Shown in pieces: positions 45,151 through 55,188 of a stretch of 64,000 nt of DNA. The notes under the pieces are model-generated. The model searched no databases. It was not told the DNA's origin and saw only the letters and a program-made list of their open reading frames with translations. Position 1 is the first letter of the stretch. The number at the start of each line of letters is the position of its first letter. The position numbers and the translations under genes are program-made. Source of the DNA: Arcobacteraceae bacterium (lineage in GTDB: Bacteria > Campylobacterota > Campylobacteria > Campylobacterales > Arcobacteraceae); contig JAOZMC010000002.1 of NCBI GenBank assembly GCA_029934475.1, positions 27-64,026 on the forward strand. The letters are read 5' to 3'.

Positions 45151-46661
45151 TAAATCTATCACAACTGAACAATATGGACTTCGAACCTGTATGGATAGAT
45201 GACATTGATATGGCGATAGCTATAAAATATTTTGCTCTTTTTAGTAAAAAAGACGGCGAGACTATCATCGTGCTGACACCTTTGCATATAAAAGCAGCTT
45301 TGGAATATTTGTCAAAAGTTGATGTAGCTTATGAGATATATCTCACAGATGAGATTAGCTTTGAAAGACTTCTAAACAAATTTTTGGAAATCCGCACAGA
45401 AAAATCTATGGCAAAAGAGGAAAATACCGAGATGTCTATAGACACTGACGAAGAGGAGCTGGAGCTAAAAGAGTTTTTGCAGACAAACCAAGACCTGCTA
45501 AACAGCGAAGATGCTGCGCCTGTCATAAAGCTGGTGAACTCTATATTTTATCAAGCTATCAAAAAAGATGCTAGTGATATACATATAGAAGTGCACGAAA
45601 AAAAGGGCGAGATACGGTTTCGTATCGATGGGGCATTGAACAAATATATGGATCTAGACAAAAAGATAACTCAACTAGCCATAAGTCGTATCAAGGTTAT
45701 ATCTAGCCTAGACATATCAGAAAAAAGAGTGCCACAAGATGGTAGAACACAAGTGACTATTGCTAGCAAAAAACTAGATATAAGGGTCTCTATATTGCCT
45801 ACATATTATGGTGAGAGAGTGGTGATGCGGATACTTATGGAAAGTAGTGATATACCATCTATGGCGGAACTTGGATTTAAAAAAGACTTGATGGACAAGG
45901 TCTATCCGCTTTTGGAACACTCGCACGGTATGATACTAGTAACAGGTCCTACAGGTAGTGGAAAGTCCACGACATTGCACTCGTTTTTACAGCAAGTAAC
46001 TTCGCCAAACTTAAATATCATCACAGTAGAAGACCCGGTGGAATACAATGCAGAAAATATCAACCAAGTCCAGACAAATGCAAAAGTTGATCTCACATTT
46101 GCCTCGGCTCTGCGGTCGATACTTCGTCAAGATCCCGATGTAGTGATGATAGGTGAGATGAGAGACAAAGAGACAGCACACATAGGAGTCCAAGCCGCTC
46201 TTACTGGGCATCTTGTATTTTCTACTTTGCACACAAACACATCTACAGGAGCTATCACTAGGCTTGTAGATATGGGGGTAGAAGAGTTTTTGATATCCAG
46301 TTCGCTACTAGGAGTGTTGAGCCAAAGACTAGTTAGAAAGCTATGTGCACATTGTAAATCTATAGATCTTGATGGTGGCTTTTATAAAACAAAGTTAAAT
46401 ATAGACAAAAAAATAGAAACACACAAGGCTGTAGGATGTAACCAATGCCACTTTACAGGCTATAGTGGCAGAGTGGCTATAGGGGAGCTTTTTGTAGTAG
46501 ATGAAGATGTCAAAAAATTTATAAAAAAAGACCAAGAGGAGAGCGAACTGAGAAACTTTATGAGAAAAAGAGGTATGGTGACTATCCAAGATAGATTGGT
46601 AGACCTCATAATCGAAGGCACTACATCGTTTACAGAAGCACTGAGGATAGGGATACACTAG
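45147..46661 (+). CDS. gspE: T2SS/T4P assembly ATPase GspE family
   Basis: 504 aa with an N-terminal T2SSE_N-like domain, Walker A GPTGSGKSTT, Asp and His boxes, and the tetracysteine C-x2-C...C-x2-C typical of GspE. Confidence 0.9.
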   Translation: MINLSQLNNMDFEPVWIDDIDMAIAIKYFALFSKKDGETIIVLTPLHIKAALEYLSKVDVAYEIYLTDEISFERLLNKFLEIRTEKSMAKEENTEMSIDTDEEELELKEFLQTNQDLLNSEDAAPVIKLVNSIFYQAIKKDASDIHIEVHEKKGEIRFRIDGALNKYMDLDKKITQLAISRIKVISSLDISEKRVPQDGRTQVTIASKKLDIRVSILPTYYGERVVMRILMESSDIPSMAELGFKKDLMDKVYPLLEHSHGMILVTGPTGSGKSTTLHSFLQQVTSPNLNIITVEDPVEYNAENINQVQTNAKVDLTFASALRSILRQDPDVVMIGEMRDKETAHIGVQAALTGHLVFSTLHTNTSTGAITRLVDMGVEEFLISSSLLGVLSQRLVRKLCAHCKSIDLDGGFYKTKLNIDKKIETHKAVGCNQCHFTGYSGRVAIGELFVVDEDVKKFIKKDQEESELRNFMRKRGMVTIQDRLVDLIIEGTTSFTEALRIGIH

Positions 46662-48049
46662 TGAAAACAACACAGATAATAGAAACGATATTTAGAGAGT
46701 ATGACATACGAGGGATATATGAGACAGAGCTAGACGAAAAGACAGTCAAGCTCATAGGCTATTTTCTAGGAGTTTATATTTGCAAGCAAGCAAAAGATGG
46801 TGCAGTAGCAGTAGGATATGATGCCAGAGAGCATGGAGTAGTGCTGGGTGGATACTTGACAAGTGGTCTAAATATGGCTGGCTGTCGTGTGTTAGATATG
46901 GGTATGGTAGCTACTGGGGTCAATTATTTTGCTGGGTATTATAGTTTTGATGATATCAAGCCAGATGCCACCGTGATGATCACAGGTAGCCACAATCCAC
47001 CACAATACAATGGCTTTAAGATCACAGTAGCCAACAAACCGTTTTTTGGAGATGACATATATACTCTAGGCGACACGATAGTCAAAAATCAGCACAAAAT
47101 CATAGCAGACAACACCACAACAACTACTATAGATGTCAAGACAAGATATATAAAATATATGACAAAAGAGTTTCAAAGTCTGAGAGATATGCCACAGAAA
47201 TTTGTGTTTGATTGTGGGCATGGTGTAGCAAACACAGTGCTAGAGCAGATATTGCAAAATCTAAATATAAACTACAAGATACTCTATGGCAAACCAGACG
47301 GAACATTTCCAGCTCACCACCCAGACCCTAGTGAAGAAAAAAACCTCGCAGATATAAAGCAGGAGCTAAAAGGCGACAGTCTGTATGGGTTTGCTTATGA
47401 TGGCGATGCTGACAGAGTGGCATTTTTGTCAAAAAAGCAAAACATCAAGCCAGATATGCTAGCTATCGTGCTAGCAAAACAGATCAAAAATCCCACAGTC
47501 ATAGGCGAAGTCAAATGCTCCTTAGTCATGTATGACACCATAGCAAAAAACGGCGGCAAGACTATCATGGCAAAGACAGGACATAGCAACTTAAAAGTAG
47601 CTATCAAAAAGCACAAGGCCGACTTTGCTGTAGAAGTGTCGGGACATCTGTTTTTCGCTGATAGGTTTTATGGCTTTGACGATGCCATATATGCTACATT
47701 TCGTATTATGGAGCTTATAAACTGCGGTATAGATATAGATGAGCAGATAGATAGTTTCGATGATATATACAACACAGACGAGATAAAGATACACACCACA
47801 GAGGATAAAAAGTTTAAAATCATGAACAACATAGGCGATATACTAGCAAATGACAAAGATCTGAAGCCAGAGATAAAAAGTATCATAGATATAGACGGCT
47901 ACCGTATCAACTTCGCAGATGGCTGGGCTCTTGTGCGAGCTAGCAACACCACGCCAGTTATAGTCACTAGATATGAAAGCACAAAAAAAGAAAATCTGCC
48001 CATATATCAAGAGTTTGTAGAAAATCTAATAAAAAGAGCAACTTTTTGA
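46661..48049 (+). CDS. Phosphomannomutase/phosphoglucomutase
   Basis: 462 aa with active-site loop TGSHNPPQYNGFK, metal-binding FAYDGDADR and sugar-binding GEVKCS. GTG start overlaps the gspE stop by 1 nt. Confidence 0.85.
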   Translation: MKTTQIIETIFREYDIRGIYETELDEKTVKLIGYFLGVYICKQAKDGAVAVGYDAREHGVVLGGYLTSGLNMAGCRVLDMGMVATGVNYFAGYYSFDDIKPDATVMITGSHNPPQYNGFKITVANKPFFGDDIYTLGDTIVKNQHKIIADNTTTTTIDVKTRYIKYMTKEFQSLRDMPQKFVFDCGHGVANTVLEQILQNLNINYKILYGKPDGTFPAHHPDPSEEKNLADIKQELKGDSLYGFAYDGDADRVAFLSKKQNIKPDMLAIVLAKQIKNPTVIGEVKCSLVMYDTIAKNGGKTIMAKTGHSNLKVAIKKHKADFAVEVSGHLFFADRFYGFDDAIYATFRIMELINCGIDIDEQIDSFDDIYNTDEIKIHTTEDKKFKIMNNIGDILANDKDLKPEIKSIIDIDGYRINFADGWALVRASNTTPVIVTRYESTKKENLPIYQEFVENLIKRATF

Positions 48050-48081
48050 GTTGGTTTTATAATGTTTGGTTATAATACGAT

Positions 48082-48813
48082 ATGATAATCAATATGAATA
48101 AAATAGACAAATTTTTTGATGAGTTTCAAGCATTGAAAGATATAAATTTTTCTGTCAAAAAGGGCGAGATAGTAGTAGTGTGTGGACCTAGTGGTAGTGG
48201 CAAAAGCACTTTGATACGATGTATCAACAACCTAGAGACTATAGATAGTGGCAACATAATAGTAGATGGCATAGATATATACAAAAGTAGAAAAAATATG
48301 AAATCTATCAAGACAAAAGTAGGTATGGTGTTTCAGCATTTTAACCTGTTTCCGCACTTGACTATACTAGAAAACATAACTCTAGCACAAGCTTTGGTCA
48401 AAAAAAGCTCAAAACAAGAAGCGACAAAAGTAGCAGAACAGTTGCTAAACAAAGTTAAGTTGATAGAAAAAAAGGACTCATACCCACAAGACCTAAGCGG
48501 AGGACAAAAACAGCGAGTAGCTATAGCTAGGAGCTTGGCTATGAAGCCACTTATATTGCTTTTCGATGAACCGACATCGGCACTTGACCCAGAGACGATA
48601 GGCGATGTGCTATCGGTGATGAAAGATCTAGCAAAAGAAAATTATACTATAGTATGTGTGACTCATGAGATGGGTTTCGCTAAGGAGGTAGCAGACAGAA
48701 TTATATTTATGGACGAGGGACAAATAGTTGAAGAGAACACTCCGCAGGAGTTTTTCAACAACCCAAAAAGCGACAGAGCGAAACTATTTTTAAGTGAAAT
48801 ACTTTCGCACTAA
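48082..48813 (+). CDS. Polar amino-acid ABC transporter ATP-binding protein
   Basis: Walker [10 protein letters not shown], signature [13 protein letters not shown] and Walker [12 protein letters not shown]. GlnQ/PEB1C-type. Confidence 0.9.
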   Translation: MIINMNKIDKFFDEFQALKDINFSVKKGEIVVVCGPSGSGKSTLIRCINNLETIDSGNIIVDGIDIYKSRKNMKSIKTKVGMVFQHFNLFPHLTILENITLAQALVKKSSKQEATKVAEQLLNKVKLIEKKDSYPQDLSGGQKQRVAIARSLAMKPLILLFDEPTSALDPETIGDVLSVMKDLAKENYTIVCVTHEMGFAKEVADRIIFMDEGQIVEENTPQEFFNNPKSDRAKLFLSEILSH

Positions 48814-48846
48814 ATTAACATTTAAATAAAAAAAGGAAAATAAAAT

Positions 48847-49731
48847 ATGAAAAATATAAAATATGTATTGATAGTGGCTATAATATTGGCATTTGCAGGA
48901 TGCAACGATAGCGGACAAAATAGCACAAAAGAGGTGACTAGTTCAACGACTAGTAATGATAGCGCAACTGCTAGTTTGCAGTTGTGGAAAGATTCAACTT
49001 TGAACAAAATTGTTCAACGAGGTGAGCTAAGAGTTGGTATGGAGCCTGGTTATATGCCATTTGAGATGAAAGACAAAAAAGGCAATATCATAGGCTACGA
49101 TGTAGATATGGCAAAAAAGATGGCAAAAGATATGGGTGTCAAGTTAAAGATCATCCCTACAGCATGGGACGGTATCATAGCTGGACTTATCACAGAAAAA
49201 TATGACATAATCATGTCTGGTATGACTATTACACAACAGCGAAATTTAAAAATAAACTTCGCAAACCCATACATAGTAGTAGGTCAAACTATATTGATGA
49301 ACAATGCTCACAAAGGCAAATATAGCTCGGCAAAAGAGCTAGACAATGCAGAGCTGACTATAGCTACCAAACTAGGAGTTACTGGCGAGATAGCTACTAG
49401 AAAGTTTTTCAAAAAAGCAAAGATTGTTACATTTGAAACTGAATCAGACGCAGTATCAGAAGTGCTAAGTGGCAAAGCAGATGCTATGGTCTATGACCAA
49501 CCATACAATGTCACATTTATGGCAGGAAAAGGTGGCGACAAATTGATACATCTAGATACACCGCTGACTTATGAACCACTAGGCTGGGCTATAAGAAAAG
49601 GTGACCCTGACTTCTTGAACTGGCTAAATAACTTTTTAAGACAAGCTAAAGATGACAAAGTAGAAGATTTTGCTGCAAAAACATATAACAAATGGCTAGT
49701 AGACAAAAGTTGGCTACAAAGAGTTCAATAG
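48847..49731 (+). CDS. Amino-acid ABC transporter substrate-binding lipoprotein
   Basis: Lipobox AFAGC and a Ser/Thr-rich linker. The family 3 SBP core includes GYMPFE...GYDVDMAK...WDGIIAGL..KYDIIMSGMTIT. Confidence 0.85.
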   Translation: MKNIKYVLIVAIILAFAGCNDSGQNSTKEVTSSTTSNDSATASLQLWKDSTLNKIVQRGELRVGMEPGYMPFEMKDKKGNIIGYDVDMAKKMAKDMGVKLKIIPTAWDGIIAGLITEKYDIIMSGMTITQQRNLKINFANPYIVVGQTILMNNAHKGKYSSAKELDNAELTIATKLGVTGEIATRKFFKKAKIVTFETESDAVSEVLSGKADAMVYDQPYNVTFMAGKGGDKLIHLDTPLTYEPLGWAIRKGDPDFLNWLNNFLRQAKDDKVEDFAAKTYNKWLVDKSWLQRVQ

Positions 49732-49734
49732 CAT

Positions 49735-50700
49735 ATGAAAGGCAAACCATTTTTAGAAAATAGGATATTTGGACACTTTATCGCTGGTTTGTTTTTCGTA
49801 GCTGCTGGATGGTTTTTTTATTCAGCGGCTGCAAATATGAACTATGTATGGAAGTGGACTTCGGTTCCAAAGTATTTTGTATATGATGAGACCATCACGA
49901 TACAATCTCCGGCAAACGGTATCCTAGCTTTTGAAAATGGTGCTTATTTTATAAAACAAAAAGAGGACCTAATCAAACTTAAAGAGCTAGACGAGAGCTT
50001 TAAGTTTGATTATAAAGTGGGCAAAAAAGTATTTGAGGGCGACTTCATAGCTACCAAAGAGACAACACATGCTGGTCCTGTGTTAAACGGACTATATATC
50101 ACTATCAAAGTATCTGTATTTGCGGCACTACTAGCTGTGCTTATAGGCATACTTATATCCTCTATGAAGCTGTCGGCATATGTATTTTTGCGAGATATTG
50201 CCACTGTCTATATTACATTGATACGAGGCACTCCTTTGTTAGTGCAGATATTTTTGTTTTATTTTATCGTAGCAAATATATTTGGGCTAGAGCGATTTAC
50301 CGCTGGAGTGCTCTCTTTGGGTGTGTTTTTTGGTGCATATATGGCAGAAGTGCTACGAGGTGCTATACAGTCTATAGACAAAGGACAAGCAGAAGCAGCG
50401 AAGTCGCTAGGACTAGGGCAGTTTGATACCATGCGATATATAGTCATGCCACAAGCTATCAAAAGAGCTTTGCCTACACTTGTAGGTGAGTTTATAGCAC
50501 TTGTCAAAGACTCATCGCTAATATCGGTCATAAGTATAACCGATCTCACCAAAGTCGGCAAAGAGATAGTGGCAAATACATTTTCGCCGTTTGAGACTTG
50601 GATAGTGATAGCTTTGCTGTATCTATGTATTACATCGCTTTTGAGTTTCGTAGGACACAAGATAGAAAAACGACTAGAAGCAAAAGGCGGACTTAGCTAG
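49735..50700 (+). CDS. Amino-acid ABC transporter permease (His/Glu/Gln/Arg family) with about 100-aa N-terminal extension
   Basis: EAA-loop region SIDKGQAEAAKSLGL....RYIVMPQA, with multiple TM helices. Confidence 0.85.
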   Translation: MKGKPFLENRIFGHFIAGLFFVAAGWFFYSAAANMNYVWKWTSVPKYFVYDETITIQSPANGILAFENGAYFIKQKEDLIKLKELDESFKFDYKVGKKVFEGDFIATKETTHAGPVLNGLYITIKVSVFAALLAVLIGILISSMKLSAYVFLRDIATVYITLIRGTPLLVQIFLFYFIVANIFGLERFTAGVLSLGVFFGAYMAEVLRGAIQSIDKGQAEAAKSLGLGQFDTMRYIVMPQAIKRALPTLVGEFIALVKDSSLISVISITDLTKVGKEIVANTFSPFETWIVIALLYLCITSLLSFVGHKIEKRLEAKGGLS

Positions 50701-50709
50701 TCTGCATAT

Positions 50710-51603
50710 ATGAACTATATAGAAACGACAAAGATATCTATCCATAGTTCGTGGATAGTTTTGAAGCTAGTTATCCCTATATATATATTGTCCGAACTGT
50801 TCTATTTTTATAATATTTTGGACTATGTGTCGTTTGTGGTGGAGCCATGGACCTCTGTGATAGGTTTGCCAAAAGAGGCATCGCTAGCTATTATCAGCGG
50901 AATGTTCCTAAACCTATATGCCGCCGTGGCATTTGCAGCTCCGCTAGATATGACCGCACACCAGTGGAGTATATTGGCTGTGTTTTTGGGTATCTGCCAC
51001 TCACTTGTGGTGGAGGGAGCGATACTCAAGCAGATAGGTATATCAAACATATTTTCATATAGCTTTCGTCTAATCACAGGGTTTTTTGGTGGTTTTGTAG
51101 TATCGGTTATGCCGTCATATTGGTTTGATAGCTATATCACTAGTGATGATTTTGTTGTAAGCACTCACGATGATATATGGTCGCTACTTCAAAGCTCCGC
51201 TGTGTCGTCTGTGGTGCTATCTGCTAAAATAATAGTGCTGATAACCGCTCTCATATTTTTGATGGATTTTATAAAATCTAGAGAATTTTTCGAAAAACTG
51301 GGTAAAAATATCACAGTAGGATTTAGCCTGATAGTCGGTATAATACTGGGTATCACATATGGAGCTGGAGTGCTGATAAAAGAGGCAAAGAGAGGCAATA
51401 TGTCTAAAAAAGATATTTATTTCATAGCTATATTTTTGATGATATGCCATGCTATAGTAGAGGATACTTTGTTGTTTGTCATATTTGGAGCGGATTTTTT
51501 CTTGGTGATAATCATCCGCACAGTGTTTGCTGTGTTGATGGCATACGGCATGATACTGCTACTTACTAGCTACAACAAACAAAATAAAAAGGATAAATTA
51601 TAA
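50710..51603 (+). CDS. Polytopic membrane protein, nucleoside-recognition (Gate) domain-like
   Basis: 297 aa with about 8 TM segments. The pattern resembles proteins containing the nucleoside recognition domain. Weak, by pattern only. Confidence 0.5.
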   Translation: MNYIETTKISIHSSWIVLKLVIPIYILSELFYFYNILDYVSFVVEPWTSVIGLPKEASLAIISGMFLNLYAAVAFAAPLDMTAHQWSILAVFLGICHSLVVEGAILKQIGISNIFSYSFRLITGFFGGFVVSVMPSYWFDSYITSDDFVVSTHDDIWSLLQSSAVSSVVLSAKIIVLITALIFLMDFIKSREFFEKLGKNITVGFSLIVGIILGITYGAGVLIKEAKRGNMSKKDIYFIAIFLMICHAIVEDTLLFVIFGADFFLVIIIRTVFAVLMAYGMILLLTSYNKQNKKDKL

Positions 51604-51644
51604 ACACGATAAATTTTGAAAACCAAACCATATCGCCATCAAAG

Positions 51645-52217
51645 GTGGTATGTGTAGGCAGAAACTATGTAGAGCATATAAAAGAGCTAAACAACGAAAC
51701 ACCTCATAGTATGGTGGTATTCAACAAGCCAAATAGTGCCATAACAGATAGATTGTATCATATCAGCAGTGATACCAGATATGAGTGTGAGATATGTTTC
51801 TTGATAATAGACGACAATATAGCAGGTATAGCAGTAGGGCTTGACTTGACCAAAGCAGATATCCAAAACAGTATGAAAAAACAGGGGCTTCCATGGGAGA
51901 GAGCCAAGGCATTTGACAAAAGTGCAGTGCTAGGTGATTTTGTGAAGTTCAACAGCGACACAACAGGACTAAAGATGGAGCTATATCTCAACGACAAACT
52001 ACGGCAATATGCCACATATGATATGATGATATATAAACCACAGCAGATACTAGACGAGTGCAAAAGTTTTATGACCCTAGAAGATGGCGATATCATCATG
52101 AGTGGTACACCCAAAGGAGTAGGGGGTTATAGTATAGACGATGTTTTTGTAGCGAAACTATACCACTACGACAACTTGATAGTCCAAACCAGATGGGAAG
52201 TCCAAGCAGATATATGA
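51645..52217 (+). CDS. Fumarylacetoacetate hydrolase family protein (YcgM-like)
   Basis: VVCVGRNYVEHIKE...YECEI...GLDLT..D.Q...KKQGLPWERAKAFD...GDIIMSGTPKGVG aligns with E. coli YcgM. GTG 51645 is the first canonical start (see finding). Confidence 0.8.
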   Translation: MVCVGRNYVEHIKELNNETPHSMVVFNKPNSAITDRLYHISSDTRYECEICFLIIDDNIAGIAVGLDLTKADIQNSMKKQGLPWERAKAFDKSAVLGDFVKFNSDTTGLKMELYLNDKLRQYATYDMMIYKPQQILDECKSFMTLEDGDIIMSGTPKGVGGYSIDDVFVAKLYHYDNLIVQTRWEVQADI

Positions 52218-52819
52218 TAGAGTTATACACGGCTAGTATGCTAGTAGCCATAGCTACATTTACATTGTCATCGGTTATGACTCCAGGACCAAACAATATC
52301 ATGCTACTATCGTCTGGACTGACTTTTGGATACAAAAAAACTATACCACATATGATAGGTATAATCATAGGATTTCCACTCATGGTAGTGCTAGTAGGGT
52401 TGGGTATAGGAGTGGTGTTTGAAAGATACCCACAGCTGTTTGAAGTGGTCAAATATGCAGGAGCGTTTTATATGTTTTATCTAGCATACAAGATAGCCAC
52501 AAATACCACAAAACAGGTCAAATCCACAAAGAGTAGGGCGTTGACCTTTTGGCAAAGTGCTGTGTTTCAGTGGGTAAATCCCAAGGCATGGGTCATGGCG
52601 ATAAGCAGCACAACTATATTTGTAAACGATATAGAACACAGCTTTTCGCAAGTGTTGATGATAGCTTTTATATATCTACTCAGTGGCATAGTCTCTACAA
52701 ACAGCTGGGCTTTGGGTGGTGTGGCTATGCAAAAACTGCTGACCAACGACAACTATATAAAGATATTTAACACAACTATGGCAGTGCTTTTGTGCTTGAG
52801 TGTGTTGACATTTTTGTAA
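52214..52819 (+). CDS. LysE/RhtB-family amino-acid exporter
   Basis: MIELYTASMLVAIATFTLSSVMTPGPNN is the typical LysE N-terminus, with 6 TM segments. ATG 52214 overlaps the upstream stop (ATGA) and is preferred over the track start 52193. Confidence 0.8.
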   Translation: MIELYTASMLVAIATFTLSSVMTPGPNNIMLLSSGLTFGYKKTIPHMIGIIIGFPLMVVLVGLGIGVVFERYPQLFEVVKYAGAFYMFYLAYKIATNTTKQVKSTKSRALTFWQSAVFQWVNPKAWVMAISSTTIFVNDIEHSFSQVLMIAFIYLLSGIVSTNSWALGGVAMQKLLTNDNYIKIFNTTMAVLLCLSVLTFL

Positions 52820-52869
52820 TTTTCAGTAAATAACTTTTGGATTAAGAAAGTTTGGATAAAATACCCAAA

Positions 52870-53227
52870 GGTATGACAGATGATAGCTTGAGAATGTTTC
52901 TTGAGAGGAAAGTCCGTGCTACTGTGAAGTATGGTTCCATCTAACAGATGGCTGGGGAAACCCAAGGGATAAGTGCAACAGAAAACAAACCGCCATTTGG
53001 TTCGCCAAAAGGTCAGGGTGAAAAGGCGAGGTAAGAGCTCACCAGTATTTGGAGCAATCCATATAGCTATGTAAACCCAACCTGTAGCAAGACAAGCATG
53101 GTAAACTTCACATAGGATCTATCTCTATTTTAGAGACAAATCCATCAGCTTGTCGCTAGAACTCTAAAGCGATTTAGAGAGTAGATAAATTATCGTCAGA
53201 TACAAAACACGGCTTATAGTCATAACC
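52870..53227 (+). ncRNA. rnpB: RNase P RNA, bacterial type A
   Basis: Universal elements are present: GAGAGGAAAGTCCG, AAGTGCAACAGAAAACAAACCGCC, GGTGAAAAGG, GGTAAGAGCTCACC, GTAAACCCAACC and ACAAAACACGGCTTAT. The P1 pairing is GGTATGAC (52870) with GTCATAACC (53219-53227). Ends are approximate, within about 10 nt. Confidence 0.85.
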
Positions 53228-53250
53228 TAAACATAAGCCTTTTATTTTCA

Positions 53251-55188
53251 CTACTTACACAAATTTTCTATGATACCTACTATGTTTGCATCTTCCAAAG
53301 TAGATGTGTCTTGAGTGATAGCCTCACCTTTGACAATACTTCGCAATATTCGTCTCATAATCTTGCCTGACCTAGTTTTTGGTAGATCTGGCACGATGAT
53401 AATATCATCTAGCAAAGCTATAGCTCCTATGTCGGCTTTAAGTATCTTGTTTAGCTCCAACTTCAAATCATCTTTTGATATACTGCCTTCATCTTTTAGC
53501 ACGATGAAAGCAAATATACCTTCGCCTTTTATCTCGTGTGGTTTGCCTACTACAGCAGATGCGGCTACATGGCCGCTATATTTTATCGATGCTTCTATCT
53601 CGGCAGTGCCTATCCTATGACCGCTCACATTTATGACATCGTCTGTGCGACCAGTTATCGTGATATATCCGCTCTCATCTATCATAGCACCATCGCCAGA
53701 GAAATACACAGGCTTACCGTGTATCTTGCAGTCTCCAAAATATGCTTTGACAAATCTTTTATCATCGCCCCATATAGTGCGTATCTGCGATGGCCACGGC
53801 TTTGTGATACATAAGTATCCTTTCTCGCCTATAGGAGTAGGCTCGCCATCTGTTTCTATGATTTGTGCACTTATGCCCGGCAAAGCTAGAGTAGCACATC
53901 CGGGTTTGATAGGAGTGCAAGAAGCGATGGGTGAAACCATATGTCCGCCTGTCTCTGTCTGCCACCAAGTATCTACTATACTACATCTACTTTGACCTAC
54001 AACTTCATAATACCACTTCCAAGCAGGTGGGTCTATAGGCTCACCTACAGTTCCTAGCACTCTTAGACTGCTTGTATCGTATTTTTTAGGTTCGTCTTGT
54101 CCTGTCTTGTGTAGCATTCTTATAGCCGTGGGTGCTGTGTAAAATTGGTTTATACCATGTTGCTCCACCATCTTCCAGCATCGTCCTGCATCTGGGTATG
54201 TAGGAACTCCCTCAAATACCACAGTAGTAGTGCCGTTTGCTAGTGGTCCATATACTATGTAGGTATGCCCAGTGATCCACCCTATATCGGCTGTACACCA
54301 GAAAGTATCCTCTGGGCGGTTGTCAAATACCCAGCCCATAGTTAGCTTCGCCCACAATATATATCCAGCCATATTGTGTTGGACTCCTTTTGGTTGTCCT
54401 GTGCTACCAGAAGTGTATAGCAAAAACAGCGGATCTTCACTATCATGCCACACTGTCTCTAGCTTTTCGCTCTGTTTTTGGATATGTTCATCGTAGAAGC
54501 TGTCTTTTGGCTCTGTTTGTATGGTTTCAAAATTTCGTCTGACTACACAGACATTTTGCACTGTCTCACATCCACTTTTCATAGCTTCATCTACAGCTGG
54601 TTTTAGCATATATGGCTTGCCTTTTCTATATGCTCCATCTGCTGTGACCACTAGCCGGGCTTTGGCATCTATGATCCTATCTCTCAAGGCTTGTGATGAA
54701 AATCCACCAAACACTATAGAGTGAATAGCACCTATCTTTGCACATGCGAGCATAGAATATATCGCTTCTAGTATCATAGGCATATATAGCACTACTCTAT
54801 CGCCCTTTTTTATATCATATTCACCCATAAATAAATTTGCAGTTTTGTTTACATTGATTGCTAGTTGTTTATAAGAAATTTTTATATTTGTGCCATCATC
54901 CGCTTCAAACAATATTGCTATACTATCGCCTCGCTCTTTGGCATGTTTGTCCACACACTCATAGGCGACATTCATCTTGCCATCTTTGAACCACTTGTTA
55001 AATGGTGCTTTTGATTCGTCCAGCACATCGGTAAATGGCTTTTGCCATGTTATATTGTCGCGAGCTAACTCTCCCCAAGTGTCAGCATAGTCGTCGTCAA
55101 ATTTTTTGACTAGACTTTTATAGTCATCCATATCCTTAAATACAGGGTTTTGAAATATACCCTTGTTTGGTTCATACATCTTGCTCAT
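53251..55188 (-). CDS. acs: Acetyl-CoA synthetase (acetate--CoA ligase)
   Basis: 645 aa with AMP-binding motif YTSGSTGQPKG, WWQTETGG and C-terminal PKTRSGKIMRR. Confidence 0.95.
   Translation of the reverse strand: MSKMYEPNKGIFQNPVFKDMDDYKSLVKKFDDDYADTWGELARDNITWQKPFTDVLDESKAPFNKWFKDGKMNVAYECVDKHAKERGDSIAILFEADDGTNIKISYKQLAINVNKTANLFMGEYDIKKGDRVVLYMPMILEAIYSMLACAKIGAIHSIVFGGFSSQALRDRIIDAKARLVVTADGAYRKGKPYMLKPAVDEAMKSGCETVQNVCVVRRNFETIQTEPKDSFYDEHIQKQSEKLETVWHDSEDPLFLLYTSGSTGQPKGVQHNMAGYILWAKLTMGWVFDNRPEDTFWCTADIGWITGHTYIVYGPLANGTTTVVFEGVPTYPDAGRCWKMVEQHGINQFYTAPTAIRMLHKTGQDEPKKYDTSSLRVLGTVGEPIDPPAWKWYYEVVGQSRCSIVDTWWQTETGGHMVSPIASCTPIKPGCATLALPGISAQIIETDGEPTPIGEKGYLCITKPWPSQIRTIWGDDKRFVKAYFGDCKIHGKPVYFSGDGAMIDESGYITITGRTDDVINVSGHRIGTAEIEASIKYSGHVAASAVVGKPHEIKGEGIFAFIVLKDEGSISKDDLKLELNKILKADIGAIALLDDIIIVPDLPKTRSGKIMRRILRSIVKGEAITQDTSTLEDANIVGIIENLCK

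Noticed and set aside
37275-46661. Alternative reading of the secretion operon as a type IV pilus or purely a Cts-like DNA-uptake machine
   Set aside because: This is not fully excluded. However, the cluster has a GspC-type TM+PDZ protein directly upstream of the secretin. It has no retraction ATPase (PilT), no PilQ-type AMIN domains and no ComEA/ComEC genes. It also sits directly behind two obvious cargo-type lipoprotein genes, so T2SS is the better fit. Transformation assays are listed as a test.
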